A model generated the notes under the pieces. The model was given only the letters and a program-made list of their open reading frames with translations, searched no databases and was not told where the DNA came from. Below are positions 20,460 to 30,588 of a stretch of DNA of 64,000 nt, one piece after another. A program made the position numbers and the translations under genes. Position 1 is the stretch's first letter, and the number at the start of each line of letters is the position of its first letter. Source of the stretch: Terriglobia bacterium (lineage in GTDB: Bacteria > Acidobacteriota > Terriglobia > 20CM-2-55-15); contig CBDAOY010000004.1 in the NCBI GenBank assembly GCA_965198225.1, forward strand, positions 256,001 through 320,000. The letters run 5' to 3'.

Positions 20460-21272
20460 CTACCAGTATCGTTCGACGTGGATCTGCCCCGGCTCTTTCT
20501 TCGTGTGCTCCCTATAGCCCTCGGTTTCGAGTATCTCCACCATGTTCTCGATCATATCGGGGTTGCCGCATACAAAAATGTGCGTGTTGTCGGGGGTCGG
20601 TCCGAAGTTGCCGTTCCCCTCCAACGGCCGGCTCTTCCAGAGATCCTGGATGTAACCGGTCGCGCCGCCCCACGGGGCGGATTCCTCCCGGGGCCGGCTG
20701 ATCACAGACCGGTAGGCGAAGTTCGGGCACATCCGGTTCAGCGTCATCAGCTCGCTTCGGTAACCGAGATCCCAGGAATGGCGGGCGCCATGCAGCACCG
20801 CGAAGTGGCGTACGTCTCCGCATGTCAGCCTTGTTCGTAACATGCTTATGTAGGGAGCCAGCCCCGTCCCGGTGGAGATCAGAATGATGTGCCGGTCGGC
20901 GGGCACCTCCTCGAGCGTGAACATACCCGTAATCTTGGGCGCCAGCCACAGGCGCTCTCCAGGCGTCAGGGCGAACAGGCGCGGCGTCAAGGCTCCCGAC
21001 GGGACGAGGACGATGTAGAGCTCGAGGTACTCCTTTGAAACCGATGACGACGCGACCGAATACGCCCGCTTGATCAGTTTCTGATGATCGGGCGCCGCTT
21101 CTTCCGGATCACACACGTCGCAACGCTTTGCCAGCCCCGGCAGACCCAAAACGGCGAACTGCCCCGGCACGAAGTCCGGCAACTCCCATCCGTCCGGTAC
21201 GATCCGCAGAATCCGGAGCCCGGGTGAGACTTCGATGCTCTGGACAAGAATGGCGTTGGATTGATTCCCCAT
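20460..21272 (-). CDS. Ferredoxin/flavodoxin-NADP+ reductase
   Basis: RAYSVAS, GTGLAPY, CGNPDM and terminal ERYW. Confidence 0.92.
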   Translation of the reverse strand: MGNQSNAILVQSIEVSPGLRILRIVPDGWELPDFVPGQFAVLGLPGLAKRCDVCDPEEAAPDHQKLIKRAYSVASSSVSKEYLELYIVLVPSGALTPRLFALTPGERLWLAPKITGMFTLEEVPADRHIILISTGTGLAPYISMLRTRLTCGDVRHFAVLHGARHSWDLGYRSELMTLNRMCPNFAYRSVISRPREESAPWGGATGYIQDLWKSRPLEGNGNFGPTPDNTHIFVCGNPDMIENMVEILETEGYREHTKKEPGQIHVERYW

Positions 21273-21344
21273 CTGCTTTGCAGCTCCTTCAGGAATTTGA
21301 AGAGCGGTAGGGCGGATTGTATCAGTTAGGGAGCGTGACGATGC

Positions 21345-21881
21345 TCAGGGCAGGATGGGGCGTTGGCGCTTGATCGTTACCGCCCGGAGGTCTTCGCCTT
21401 CGGGAACACCCGAGACGGTCACGCGGTCGCCCTTCTGGAGCTTGTCAGAACTTATCGGCTTTCCGTCCTGCGTGATGACGGTTTCCGACGTGATACGGAT
21501 CGTGGAGGTGATGTAGCGCGGAGCGCTTCCCGGTCGTGGCGCCTCGGGGATGGGCAGCCGGGGCGGATCAAAGGGGCCACGGACTTCGCGGCCTCCTCCG
21601 CTGCCACTGCCGACCCCAACTCCGACGTGAACCTCTCCGTTCCATCTGCCGCCTCCGCCTGCGCGTCTCGTGCGCGTGATCTCGTAGACCCGGCTCTTCA
21701 ACTCGAACGAGCGTGTCGCTTCGTCGACCTCGGTGATCTCACCGACGGTAACGACCTGCGCTTCGCTCACTCGACGCTGTTCCTCGGATTGGCTCGTCTG
21801 GGATCTCGCACCGCCCGGCACCGGCAGCAAGGCAACAGTCACCGCTGCCATTGCAGCCCAGGATAAGAGTCGGGGAATCAT
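21345..21881 (-). CDS. Secreted OB-fold / DUF5666-like protein
   Basis: Signal peptide; GEITEVD...LQKGDRVTVSG...AVTI with a Gly/Pro-rich insert. Confidence 0.55.
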   Translation of the reverse strand: MIPRLLSWAAMAAVTVALLPVPGGARSQTSQSEEQRRVSEAQVVTVGEITEVDEATRSFELKSRVYEITRTRRAGGGGRWNGEVHVGVGVGSGSGGGREVRGPFDPPRLPIPEAPRPGSAPRYITSTIRITSETVITQDGKPISSDKLQKGDRVTVSGVPEGEDLRAVTIKRQRPILP

Positions 21882-21987
21882 TACCTATGACAATATCAAG
21901 GGACAGGTTGGTTCACAACTCTCGTGCTGCCGTTTTCACGACCTCTTGCCATCCTTGTCCAAACCACCTTTCGAGCTGCCAGATCTC

Positions 21988-22180
21988 CTAGTGGCCTGTA
22001 ACAGCACTCTCTTCGAACCAATGAGAAATGCACTAATTTCCAATCTCCAACTTTCGGTGCGGATTTGTGCATTAACAAATCTGCGATTAGACGGAACTCT
22101 CTTTCTGTGCGATCGCAAATTGCGATATTTGAAAGAATCCACATTGCAGGTTGCTCATTGCAGATTTGAGGTTTGAAATC
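21988..22180. repeat. Solo IS630/MITE-type left end followed by the AT-rich repeat (units B then A)
   Basis: ctagtggcctgtaacag matches the IS/MITE end; downstream sequence matches the 5883-6047 units. Confidence 0.65.
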
Positions 22181-22197
22181 CGTCGCGGTTTGGACCC

Positions 22198-23218
22198 CTA
22201 CTTGATTCCGATCACCATGGAATCGGGTCCTACCAGGTGTTCGACACGCGACTGTCTGAACCCACAATCGGCCATCCAGCCCCGGCAATCCGCACCGGTG
22301 TAGTCGAATCCTCCCGGAGTTTCGATCAGCATATTAAGGCTCATCAACAACCCGAAAGCGTTGCGCTCGCGTTCGTCGTCGATGACCGCGTCGAACGCGA
22401 TCAGCGCTCCGCCGTCCGGCAGCGCGTCATAGGCCTTGCGGAGCAGCATACGTTTTTCGTCGAGGTCCCAGTCGTGCAGGATGTGTCCCATGACCACCAC
22501 GTCCGCTTTCGGTAACGAATCGTTGAAGAAGTCTCCCCCTCGAAACCGCAGCCGCTCCTGGAGCCCGAACGATGCCACGTATTCCTCGAAGATCGGCTGC
22601 ACCGCCGGTAGATCGAATCCATGACCGGAGAGGTGCTCGTGCGCGAGGGCGATCTGTACCGGCAGCCCCCCCTGGGCGGGCCCGATGTCGACGAACGTCT
22701 TGTAATCGTCCCAGGGAAATTTCGTGGCGATGGCCTGGGCCGCGCCCAGGCTGAGACCGGTCATGGCCTCGAGGAAGCCTCGGAGCCGTTCCGGAGTGCC
22801 GTAGATCGCATCGAAGGGATTTCCGCCGGCTTTGCTCTCATTCTGCGGCTTGCCGGTCTGCAGCGCTTCGGTCAGACTTCCCCAGAACGGATACAATCGG
22901 GCGTTGGCCATTTCGAGAATCCCGCCGATGTAGGACGGCTTTGCCGGATCCAGGAACAGGTCCGATGCAGGGGTATTGGCGTAGTTCCCGCCGTCCCGCT
23001 GGAGCATTCCCAGAGCCACCAGTGCGTCCAGAAAATCCCGGCGGCTTCGAGAGTGTAACTCCAACTCGTCGGCCAGAGCCTCACCGGCTATCGGACCCGA
23101 CGCCAGCCGGGAAAACACCCCCAATTCAATCGCGCTCAGCGAGGGTCTTCGAGCCCCAGAACCCCAGACCCAGTTGCATGATTCCATCCGGCGTGACACT
23201 CGGTTCTGCTTGCGACAT
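22198..23218 (-). CDS. SAM-dependent O-methyltransferase (Methyltransf_2 with dimerisation domain), frameshifted near 23141
   Basis: MSQAEP...GFWGSKTL joins LSAIELG after one extra base; [14 protein letters not shown] and HILHDW motifs. Confidence 0.88.
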
Positions 23219-23295
23219 GGCTAAAGTTTCTCCAATTTCATTCGACCTTGTTCATGTACAGTCCATGACCGCACGTTTCGACAGGATTTGTGCGC

Positions 23296-23562
23296 TCATA
23301 AACCGCCCCTCACCTTGTTGCTTGCTTCGATAAGCTGGCTCTTGAACCCGGTTTCCGCTTGATCGAGGGTGTTTCGCACCGCCTCCCAGTTTGCGCCGTC
23401 ATTGAATTCCGCGACATAACGGCACCCGGTGCTCGTAGAAACTACCTTGTGCAAGCCGTCATAGACGTGAGAGGTCGCGAGGCACTTGACCAATGCACTA
23501 ACCAGGCACCATTTGGCTGCTTCGGGATCCGTCGCACGGCAGATCCGGCCGTCCTCTGTCAT
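23296..23562 (-). CDS. Small hypothetical protein or remnant
   Basis: 88-aa ORF with WCLVSAL...EFND pattern in a lower-GC patch; no clear RBS. Confidence 0.35.
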   Translation of the reverse strand: MTEDGRICRATDPEAAKWCLVSALVKCLATSHVYDGLHKVVSTSTGCRYVAEFNDGANWEAVRNTLDQAETGFKSQLIEASNKVRGGL

Positions 23563-23868
23563 AGCAGGAGGGCCTGCAATCCAGTTCTCTCCGCTCTCTC
23601 CGAGCCCTCAGTTTGCGGATCGTGTTCAAACTAGATTCTAACTCTAGCTGATAAGGTGCAGAGATCATTGCGCAAACGTTTCCTCACAGTGAAACTGTCC
23701 CGTCTACCGCGCGGCAGGATCCTCGCGGGTTCGAAAGGTGGCTCAAACCAACCTCCGCGAACCTGCTGAATTTAAGAAAGAAAGGGGTTGGAGTCAATAA
23801 GATGTGGCCGTTGGATCGAGACGATGACCGATGCGATCTGTTCGAGAAGGTCGGGACGCTTCACCGCG

Positions 23869-24336
23869 CTACGCGGTGCCGTCGCCAGCCGTCGCTTCCA
23901 TGAAATAGCGATGCTGGTCGTCGCCGGTCCGGACAAACCCGAGCCGTTCATAGAGCTTTGCTGCCCGGTTCGCCTTGAGGACGTTCAACCGCACCGGGAT
24001 CGCACGACGCTTCGCGAGGTCGAGGACCTCCCGGATCACGATCGTTCCGATCCCCTGGTTCCGGAGCTCGGGGGCCAAAGCGATGTTGTCCAGCAGGAGG
24101 AAAGTTTCGTGGTCGTGCAGGCTCAGACTGCCGATGTCCCGTCCTTCGTGCCTGATGATGCGCTGGTTTTCCGGGTTGAAGTGTTGCCTGAAATTCTCGA
24201 GTTGCCACGCCTCGTCCCAGGCTCGGGCATCGCGAACGTACGGCTTCAACGTGTCCCGGTGCAACCTGTACAGGAGATCGAAGTCCTCCTCGTTCGCATC
24301 CCGGAGGTCGAGATCGTCGATCGTCACCGGCGACAT
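23869..24336 (-). CDS. GNAT N-acetyltransferase
   Basis: RNQGIGT acetyl-CoA motif and N.A.KLYERLGF. Confidence 0.88.
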   Translation of the reverse strand: MSPVTIDDLDLRDANEEDFDLLYRLHRDTLKPYVRDARAWDEAWQLENFRQHFNPENQRIIRHEGRDIGSLSLHDHETFLLLDNIALAPELRNQGIGTIVIREVLDLAKRRAIPVRLNVLKANRAAKLYERLGFVRTGDDQHRYFMEATAGDGTA

Positions 24337-24448
24337 GTTAATGACACGAAGCGACCAGGTCAAACGCGAGGCGGGGCGATGGATGTTGACCCTCTGCATG
24401 GAGGGGTCAATAATCGCAGGCCATTGGCTGCTTGGAAAGTGTTCTGCG

Positions 24449-25384
24449 ATGGCAACCGCGTTCATATACGACGCTCAATTCCTCGATCACGAGACAGGGT
24501 TTCATCCCGAGACCCCGCGGCGTCTGGAAGTCATCCGACGCGCTCTCGAGGGTGACCGCGCGCTGTGGCGTCAGCTGGAGCATGTCGAGCCCCGTCCCGC
24601 TGCGGACGAAGACATAACGCGGTGCCACTCATCCGAACTGATCGACCTCATCCGCGCCGCATGCGAGCGTGGCGACAGCATGCTCGACATGGATACGATC
24701 ATCAGCCGCGATTCATTCGATGTCGCCCGCCTCGCAGCCGGAGCCGGAGTGACGGCCGTCGACCATGTTGTCGCCGGAGAGGTCGACACGGCGTTCGCCG
24801 CCGTTCGCCCGCCGGGACACCATGCCCGCCCGGACCGGGCAATGGGCTTTTGCCTGTTCAACAACGCGGCGATCGCCGCACGCTATGCTCAGGCGGTCCA
24901 CGACGTGGAACGGGTCCTGATCATCGACTGGGATGTCCACCACGGCAACGGGACCCAGGAGATTTTCTACAGCGACCCGAACGTTTTCTATTTTTCGACC
25001 CACCAGTATCCCTACTACCCCGGAACCGGAGCGCGAAGCGAAACCGGCGAGGGCGCTGGGGCCAACACCGCGCTGAACGTCCCGCTGCGGGCGCGCACGT
25101 CGGCCGCCACCCACCGGTCCGCGTTCAGCGATGCGCTTGGGGACATCGAAGCCCGGTTTCCGCCAGACTTGATCATCATTTCCGCGGGCTTCGACTCTCG
25201 CCGGGAAGACCCGCTCGGGGGCTTATTGCTCGACGATCCCGACTTCGTGGAGATGACGAAAGAGGCGATGGGCGTGGCGAGCCGGCACGGCGAAGGTCGC
25301 GTCGTATCTTTACTGGAAGGCGGCTACAATCTGGACAACCTGGGCCGGACGGTGCACGACCACATCGCGGCCCTGGCCGGGTAG
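24449..25384 (+). CDS. Histone deacetylase family (acetylpolyamine amidohydrolase-like) protein
   Basis: HPE, RPPGHHA, GFCLFNN, DWDVHHGNGT, SAGFD and LEGGY motifs. Confidence 0.95.
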   Translation: MATAFIYDAQFLDHETGFHPETPRRLEVIRRALEGDRALWRQLEHVEPRPAADEDITRCHSSELIDLIRAACERGDSMLDMDTIISRDSFDVARLAAGAGVTAVDHVVAGEVDTAFAAVRPPGHHARPDRAMGFCLFNNAAIAARYAQAVHDVERVLIIDWDVHHGNGTQEIFYSDPNVFYFSTHQYPYYPGTGARSETGEGAGANTALNVPLRARTSAATHRSAFSDALGDIEARFPPDLIIISAGFDSRREDPLGGLLLDDPDFVEMTKEAMGVASRHGEGRVVSLLEGGYNLDNLGRTVHDHIAALAG

Positions 25385-25608
25385 GTGTAGGTGCGCTCTA
25401 TGAGCGTGACCATCTCATTTAGCGTCGGGCCCACCGTCCCGCACAGCTGTTTGGTTTGGCGAGGGCGTCTGCGGCCTATCTAAACCGGCTATTTCGGGAG
25501 CGCCAACGCCGGACGGTCCCCCCACGCCACTGTAGGTGCGGTCTATGACCGCACACTCTTCGAGTCGGAACGATGTGCGGTCATAGACGTCATAGACCGC
25601 ACCTACAC
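25385..25608. repeat. Composite REP element (single REP, conserved spacer, REP doublet)
   Basis: gtgtaggtgcg(c/g)tctatga(g/c)cg arms; spacer shared with 30230-30412. Confidence 0.85.
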
Positions 25609-25618
25609 CCATCTACTA

Positions 25619-26776
25619 CTATCCAATCATCACGGTTCTCGGGAACTGGGCGTGGTTCTCCAGTCCGGTCATCTTCTCGTCCAGGCTTTCGCGCTGGACA
25701 TTCCCGTTTTCGTCCGTCACCCGCGAAACCAGCGTGTGTTCGCCTGGTGTGGCGCCGTCCCACATGTAAGAGAACAGCTTCCAGGAGTACTTTGTGTTGG
25801 ACGACTCCATGGTGGCCGGCCGCCAGGCCCCATCATCGACCTTGACCTCGACCGACCGGAGCGGGGTCCCGTCGTTCAGGACGAAGCCGAGAACCTTGTG
25901 CCGGTCTCCTTCCCGCGTAACGCGGGCGATGACCGACTTCAACTGCAGCTTGCTGATGGCGGTTTCCTTGTACTTCACCTCCCCGTCGATCATTTCCGCC
26001 CTCAGAGTGCGATAATGGCGCGCCTGGAACTTGCCCAGGTACCGCTTCTCCTGGACATGGATGTGGGCCAGCCACTTGACGTTGGAGACGCCATACCACC
26101 CTGGCATGATCACGCGCAAAGGGAATCCCTGGTGTCGCGTCAGCGGCTCGCCGTTCAGAGCGTAGGCCAGGAGTGGCTCTCCGGTCATCGCGGTTTCGAT
26201 CGATATGCTGCGTCCGAATTCCTGCTCGACGTTGTAAGTCCGACCGCGGAACTCGACTTCCTCTTCGCCCTTATCGGCGCCGAAGAAGACCACCTCCCGG
26301 CCCGCGGGCTTCGCGCCGACTTCGTTGAGCAGCGTGCGCACCGGAACGCCCGTCCAACGCCCGTTCCCGACCAGGCCATGGATCCGGCGCGGGCTGTTGC
26401 CGGAGCACTCGAAACCGGCCGCCAGGTCCTCGCCGGCCATCCGACGCAGGTCGCCGATGGAGAGCTCCATCGGGCTATCGACCAGGCCGGTCACTTTCAG
26501 TCGAAAACTGGCGCCGTCGATTTCCGGTTGGCCATAGTGCTGCACGGCGAAGAATTGATCCCGGGGAGTAAACGGACCGTCGATCTTGCGGATGTCCAGG
26601 AAACGGACCTGCTCGCTCGGGTTCGTGTTGAAGTTCTCGGGAATGTCGGTAAACGGCACGAGCATCTCGCCCTGGGCCAGGGCGGGCAGAGCCCATTCCG
26701 GAACGCCCATTGCCGCCAGCCCCGCCGCCGCCAGACTTCCCCTGAGGATTTCTCGACGCGTGATTTCCTTCGCCAT
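25619..26776 (-). CDS. Tat-exported sulfite-oxidase-family molybdoenzyme
   Basis: ITRREIL Tat signal; FECSGN Mo-ligand Cys; GFPLRVIMPGWYGVSNVKWL. Confidence 0.9.
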   Translation of the reverse strand: MAKEITRREILRGSLAAAGLAAMGVPEWALPALAQGEMLVPFTDIPENFNTNPSEQVRFLDIRKIDGPFTPRDQFFAVQHYGQPEIDGASFRLKVTGLVDSPMELSIGDLRRMAGEDLAAGFECSGNSPRRIHGLVGNGRWTGVPVRTLLNEVGAKPAGREVVFFGADKGEEEVEFRGRTYNVEQEFGRSISIETAMTGEPLLAYALNGEPLTRHQGFPLRVIMPGWYGVSNVKWLAHIHVQEKRYLGKFQARHYRTLRAEMIDGEVKYKETAISKLQLKSVIARVTREGDRHKVLGFVLNDGTPLRSVEVKVDDGAWRPATMESSNTKYSWKLFSYMWDGATPGEHTLVSRVTDENGNVQRESLDEKMTGLENHAQFPRTVMIG

Positions 26777-26929
26777 GTCGGCCTCCTTTTTTTGAGACCC
26801 GATTTTTACCACGAGCTCCATCAATCGGGCTACCCTTTTAAGTTCAGCTATCGCCGGAACTTTGCTTCCCCACGGGCCGTTTCTACATAGTGCGGATCAG
26901 AGAAGCCGGTCCGAAAGGAGGACGAGAAC

Positions 26930-27733
26930 ATGGCAACGATGCACGAGGTGGACTTCAAGATCTTTGGTGACGACATGCAGTTCGTCGAGGTGGAATTGGA
27001 TCCTGGAGAGGCTACCGTCGCCGAGGCCGGCGGCATGATGTACATGGATGAACAGATAGAGATGGAGACTATTTTTGGCGATGGCTCCCAGCAGAACAGC
27101 GGCGTGATGGGAGCCTTGATGGGTGCCGGCAAACGGCTCCTGACAGGGGAATCGCTGTTCATGACCGTTTTCATCAACCAGGGCCAGGGAAGGCGGCGCG
27201 TGGCCTTCGGGGCTCCTTATCCCGGCAAGATCATTCCGGTCCATCTGAGCGAGATCGGTGGCCAGTTCATCGCCCAGAAGGACTCGTTCCTGGCCGCGGC
27301 GAAAGGGGTTTCGATCGGAATCGCGTTCCAGCGACGGCTCGGAGCCGGTCTGTTCGGCGGAGAAGGCTTCATCATGCAGCGCCTGGAGGGCGACGGCTGG
27401 GCCTTCATCCACGCGGGCGGAACCCTCTATGAGCGGCAGCTCGCGGCCGGAGAGAAACTGCGCGTCGACACCGGATGCATCGTTGGCTTCCAAGGTGGGA
27501 TCGACTACGACATCCAGTTCGTCGGCAAGATCAAGTCGGCGCTGTTCGGCGGCGAAGGCCTGTTTTTTGCCACGCTGACCGGTCCGGGTAAGGTGTGGCT
27601 CCAGTCGTTACCCTTGAGCCGCCTGGCGAACCGAATTGTGGCGGCGGTGCCGGCTATGGGCGGGAGGTCCAAGGGTGAAGGCTCTCTGCTGGGCGGGATC
27701 GGCCGTGTCCTGGATGGGGATAAACCGTTCTAA
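26930..27733 (+). CDS. TIGR00266 / AIM24 family protein
   Basis: AEAGGMMYM, LTGESLF, FGGEGF and GPGKVWLQSLP motifs. Confidence 0.92.
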   Translation: MATMHEVDFKIFGDDMQFVEVELDPGEATVAEAGGMMYMDEQIEMETIFGDGSQQNSGVMGALMGAGKRLLTGESLFMTVFINQGQGRRRVAFGAPYPGKIIPVHLSEIGGQFIAQKDSFLAAAKGVSIGIAFQRRLGAGLFGGEGFIMQRLEGDGWAFIHAGGTLYERQLAAGEKLRVDTGCIVGFQGGIDYDIQFVGKIKSALFGGEGLFFATLTGPGKVWLQSLPLSRLANRIVAAVPAMGGRSKGEGSLLGGIGRVLDGDKPF

Positions 27734-27773
27734 AGAAGTGACGAGTGGCAAGTGACGAGTGGGAGGGAAGTGA

Positions 27774-28139
27774 GTGCCTGAATTGATTGAGAAGCCGAGT
27801 GTGATCGAGTCGGCGGGAAACAAACCGAAGCGGATCGAGGAGTTTGCCGGGCGGGTGAATTCCCGCCACGAGGGAGTGAGCGTCGCGCGGATGGTTTCAC
27901 CCGAAGGGTGGCGGGAACCGGGGCAGAGGCCCGATTTCGAAGAGATCACGCTCGTACTGAAAGGGAGACTGCGCGTCGAGCACGAAGACGGCGTTCTAGA
28001 CGTGGGCGCAGGTCAGGCCGTCGTGGCGCGACGCGGAGAATGGATCCGTTACAGCAGCCCCGACCCGGGTGGAGCCGAATACGTGGCCGTCTGTCTTCCG
28101 GCCTTCTCGCCGGACACCGTTCACCGCGACGACGAGTGA
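27774..28139 (+). CDS. Cupin domain protein
   Basis: EPGQRPDFEEITLVLKG...AEYVAVCLPAFSP. Confidence 0.85.
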   Translation: MPELIEKPSVIESAGNKPKRIEEFAGRVNSRHEGVSVARMVSPEGWREPGQRPDFEEITLVLKGRLRVEHEDGVLDVGAGQAVVARRGEWIRYSSPDPGGAEYVAVCLPAFSPDTVHRDDE

Positions 28140-28150
28140 GGTGAAGGTCC

Positions 28151-28220
28151 GTGTAGGTGCGGTCTATGACCGCACATCCTGCCGTCCGAAACAATGTGCG
28201 GTCATAGACCGCACCTACAC
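28151..28220. repeat. GTAG-type REP doublet (REPIN-like)
   Basis: gtgtaggtgcggtctatgaccgcacat and its perfect inverted copy. Confidence 0.9.
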
Positions 28221-28256
28221 TTCCATTTCGGGAAGACAAGCCTGGAACCGCTTCCG

Positions 28257-30098
28257 CTACTCCCCTTCGTGTTTGAAGAACAATGCCGCAAGAGGCGGCA
28301 GGGTCAATTCCAGTGCGTAAGGTCGGCCGTGGCTCGGCTCCTCCAGGGTTTCCAGACCGCCCAGGTTCCCGCGACCTGATCCTCCGTAGAGGCTGGCGTC
28401 GCTGTTGAGCAGCTCCTTCCAGAACCCCCTCGCGGGCACCCCGATCCGGTACACTTGCCGCGGCATCGGGTTGAAGTTACAGATGACCAGTGCCGTGTCG
28501 TTCGAGTTCGCCGCTGTGCGGATGAAGCTCACTACGTTCTGGCTGACATCATTCCCGTCGATCCACTCAAAGCCTTCGGCCACACAGTCGCCGTGGTGCA
28601 GCGTTGGTTCGGTTCGGTAGGTACGGTTCAAGTCCCGAACCCAGTCCGACAGCATCCGGTGCCGCGGCGAGGCCAGAACTTCCCAGTCGAGTCCCTCGTC
28701 GTGCGCCCAAGAACCCTGGTGGCCGAACTCCGCGCCCATGAACAGGAGCTTCTTGCCCGGCTGCGCGTACATCCAGGCCAGGATCAGCCGGAGGCCTGCG
28801 AGCCGCTGCCATTCATCACCGGGCATTCGCGCGATCAGCGATTTCTGATCCCCGGAAAAGTCGTCGTGGGAAAAGGGAAGGACGAAGTTTTCATCATGGG
28901 CGTACAGCGAACGGAACGTGAGTGCGTCGTGGTGGTCGCTGCGTGCCGAAAAGTCCTGCGACACGTACCGCAGGATGTCGCGCGCCCAGCCGATATCCCA
29001 CTTCAGCTCGAACTCGAGCCCACCGACGTCTCCGGAATGAGTCACCCTCTCCCGAGCGCCGCTCTCTTCCGCGACCCTCAACACATCGGGGTAAGACTGA
29101 CGGATCTCCCGGTTCAGGCGGTGCAGGAAGTGAACCGCTTCAGGATCTTCGAGCATTTCGGTGACGGCGTCCACGCGCAGCCCGTCCGCGTGGTACCGGT
29201 CTAGCCAGAACATGGCGTTGCTGATCAGGAAACTCCGGACCTGGGGGCGGGAGTAGTCAAAGACATAGCTTTTCCAGTCGGGTTGTATCTTCCTTTTCGG
29301 GTCCGAGTGCTCGTAGAGGGCCGTTCCGTCGAAGTTGCCCAGGCCGAACTCATCGGTTGCGAAGTGGTACGGGACCCAGTCCAGGATGACGCCGATCCCG
29401 TTCTGGTGGAGGCAGTCGATCAGGTGCATGAGGTCCTGCGGTGTGCCGTACCGGCTCGTCGGAGCGAAATAGCCGCTCACCATATAGCCCCAGGAGCCGT
29501 AGAAAGGGTGCTCGGTGACCGGTAGGAACTCGACGTGTGTAAACCCAAGCTCCCTCAGGTAGGCAGGCAGGTCCACCGCCAACTGTCTGTATGTCGGGAG
29601 CCGATTACCATGCCGCCGCCATGAACCCAAATGCATCTCGTAGATGGTGATCGGGGAACTCAAGCTGTTTCGCCGTCCGCGGCCGTCCATCCAACCGGCA
29701 TCCGACCACTCGTAGTCCAACGACCAGACCCTGGAGGCGGTCGCGGGCGGCTGCTCGGCCTGGAAGGCATAGGGATCAGCCTTGTCCACGCTCGACCCGT
29801 CTGCCCGCGTGACGCGGTATTTGTAAAGGGCGCCGGTTTCCACAGATTCAACCCGGCACTCCCAGATACCCGCACTCGTCCGCTCGAGCGGCGTCGCCGT
29901 GGGATCCCAGTTGTTGAATTCGCCCACAAGGGTGACCGCGCGCGCGTTCGGAGCCCAGAGGGCGAAGCGCGTTCCCTCGAAGTCGGTCGAGGACACCGCG
30001 CACGCCCCGAGTTTCTCGTACAGTCGGAAGTGGGTTCCCTCTTCGAACAGATGTCGATCGTAGTCGGTGAGGATCGAGTTCGAATCGATTCGTGGCAT
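28257..30098 (-). CDS. glgB: 1,4-alpha-glucan branching enzyme (short form)
   Basis: WAPNA, YEMHLGSW, SWGY, LRVDAV, AEES, SHD and PGKKLLFMG motifs. Confidence 0.9.
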   Translation of the reverse strand: MPRIDSNSILTDYDRHLFEEGTHFRLYEKLGACAVSSTDFEGTRFALWAPNARAVTLVGEFNNWDPTATPLERTSAGIWECRVESVETGALYKYRVTRADGSSVDKADPYAFQAEQPPATASRVWSLDYEWSDAGWMDGRGRRNSLSSPITIYEMHLGSWRRHGNRLPTYRQLAVDLPAYLRELGFTHVEFLPVTEHPFYGSWGYMVSGYFAPTSRYGTPQDLMHLIDCLHQNGIGVILDWVPYHFATDEFGLGNFDGTALYEHSDPKRKIQPDWKSYVFDYSRPQVRSFLISNAMFWLDRYHADGLRVDAVTEMLEDPEAVHFLHRLNREIRQSYPDVLRVAEESGARERVTHSGDVGGLEFELKWDIGWARDILRYVSQDFSARSDHHDALTFRSLYAHDENFVLPFSHDDFSGDQKSLIARMPGDEWQRLAGLRLILAWMYAQPGKKLLFMGAEFGHQGSWAHDEGLDWEVLASPRHRMLSDWVRDLNRTYRTEPTLHHGDCVAEGFEWIDGNDVSQNVVSFIRTAANSNDTALVICNFNPMPRQVYRIGVPARGFWKELLNSDASLYGGSGRGNLGGLETLEEPSHGRPYALELTLPPLAALFFKHEGE

Positions 30099-30229
30099 GT
30101 TGGGGCAGTCGAGGTGGAACCCGGCTTGCCTACTTACTTTACTACGGACAGGTCCTAGCCCGGATTTCTCGCAAGAAATCCGGGCGACCGCGTTTTCACG
30201 TAAGAGAACCTGCTTCGACTCAATGGCTC

Positions 30230-30412
30230 GTGTAGGTGCGCTCTATGAGCGGAACCATCTATTAGCGTCGGGCCCACCGTCCCCCTCACGACGAAAGACT
30301 GAATGTTCACGGACCGAATTGCAGTGCGTGGGTTCGCCGAGAAAGACAGTTGGTCCGGTCCCCCACGCCATCCTTGACCCTAACAGTGTGCGGTCATAGA
30401 CCGCACCTACAC
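30230..30412. repeat. Composite REP element with long spacer
   Basis: REP arms at both ends; spacer similar to 25408-25530. Confidence 0.8.
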
Positions 30413-30588
30413 TCCGGTTGGACGCGGGCTTGTCCAGAATCAGGAGAGAAACTCGGGTTAGCTGGGTTGTAGAATGGAGATCCATGAAGCTGAAGACGAC
30501 CTCGGACAGGAAATGGACGGCGTTCGCTGGCCCCGGAGGAATGCACCTTCCTGGTCACGTCTGACGCGGGAATCGAAGTCACCGAGGA

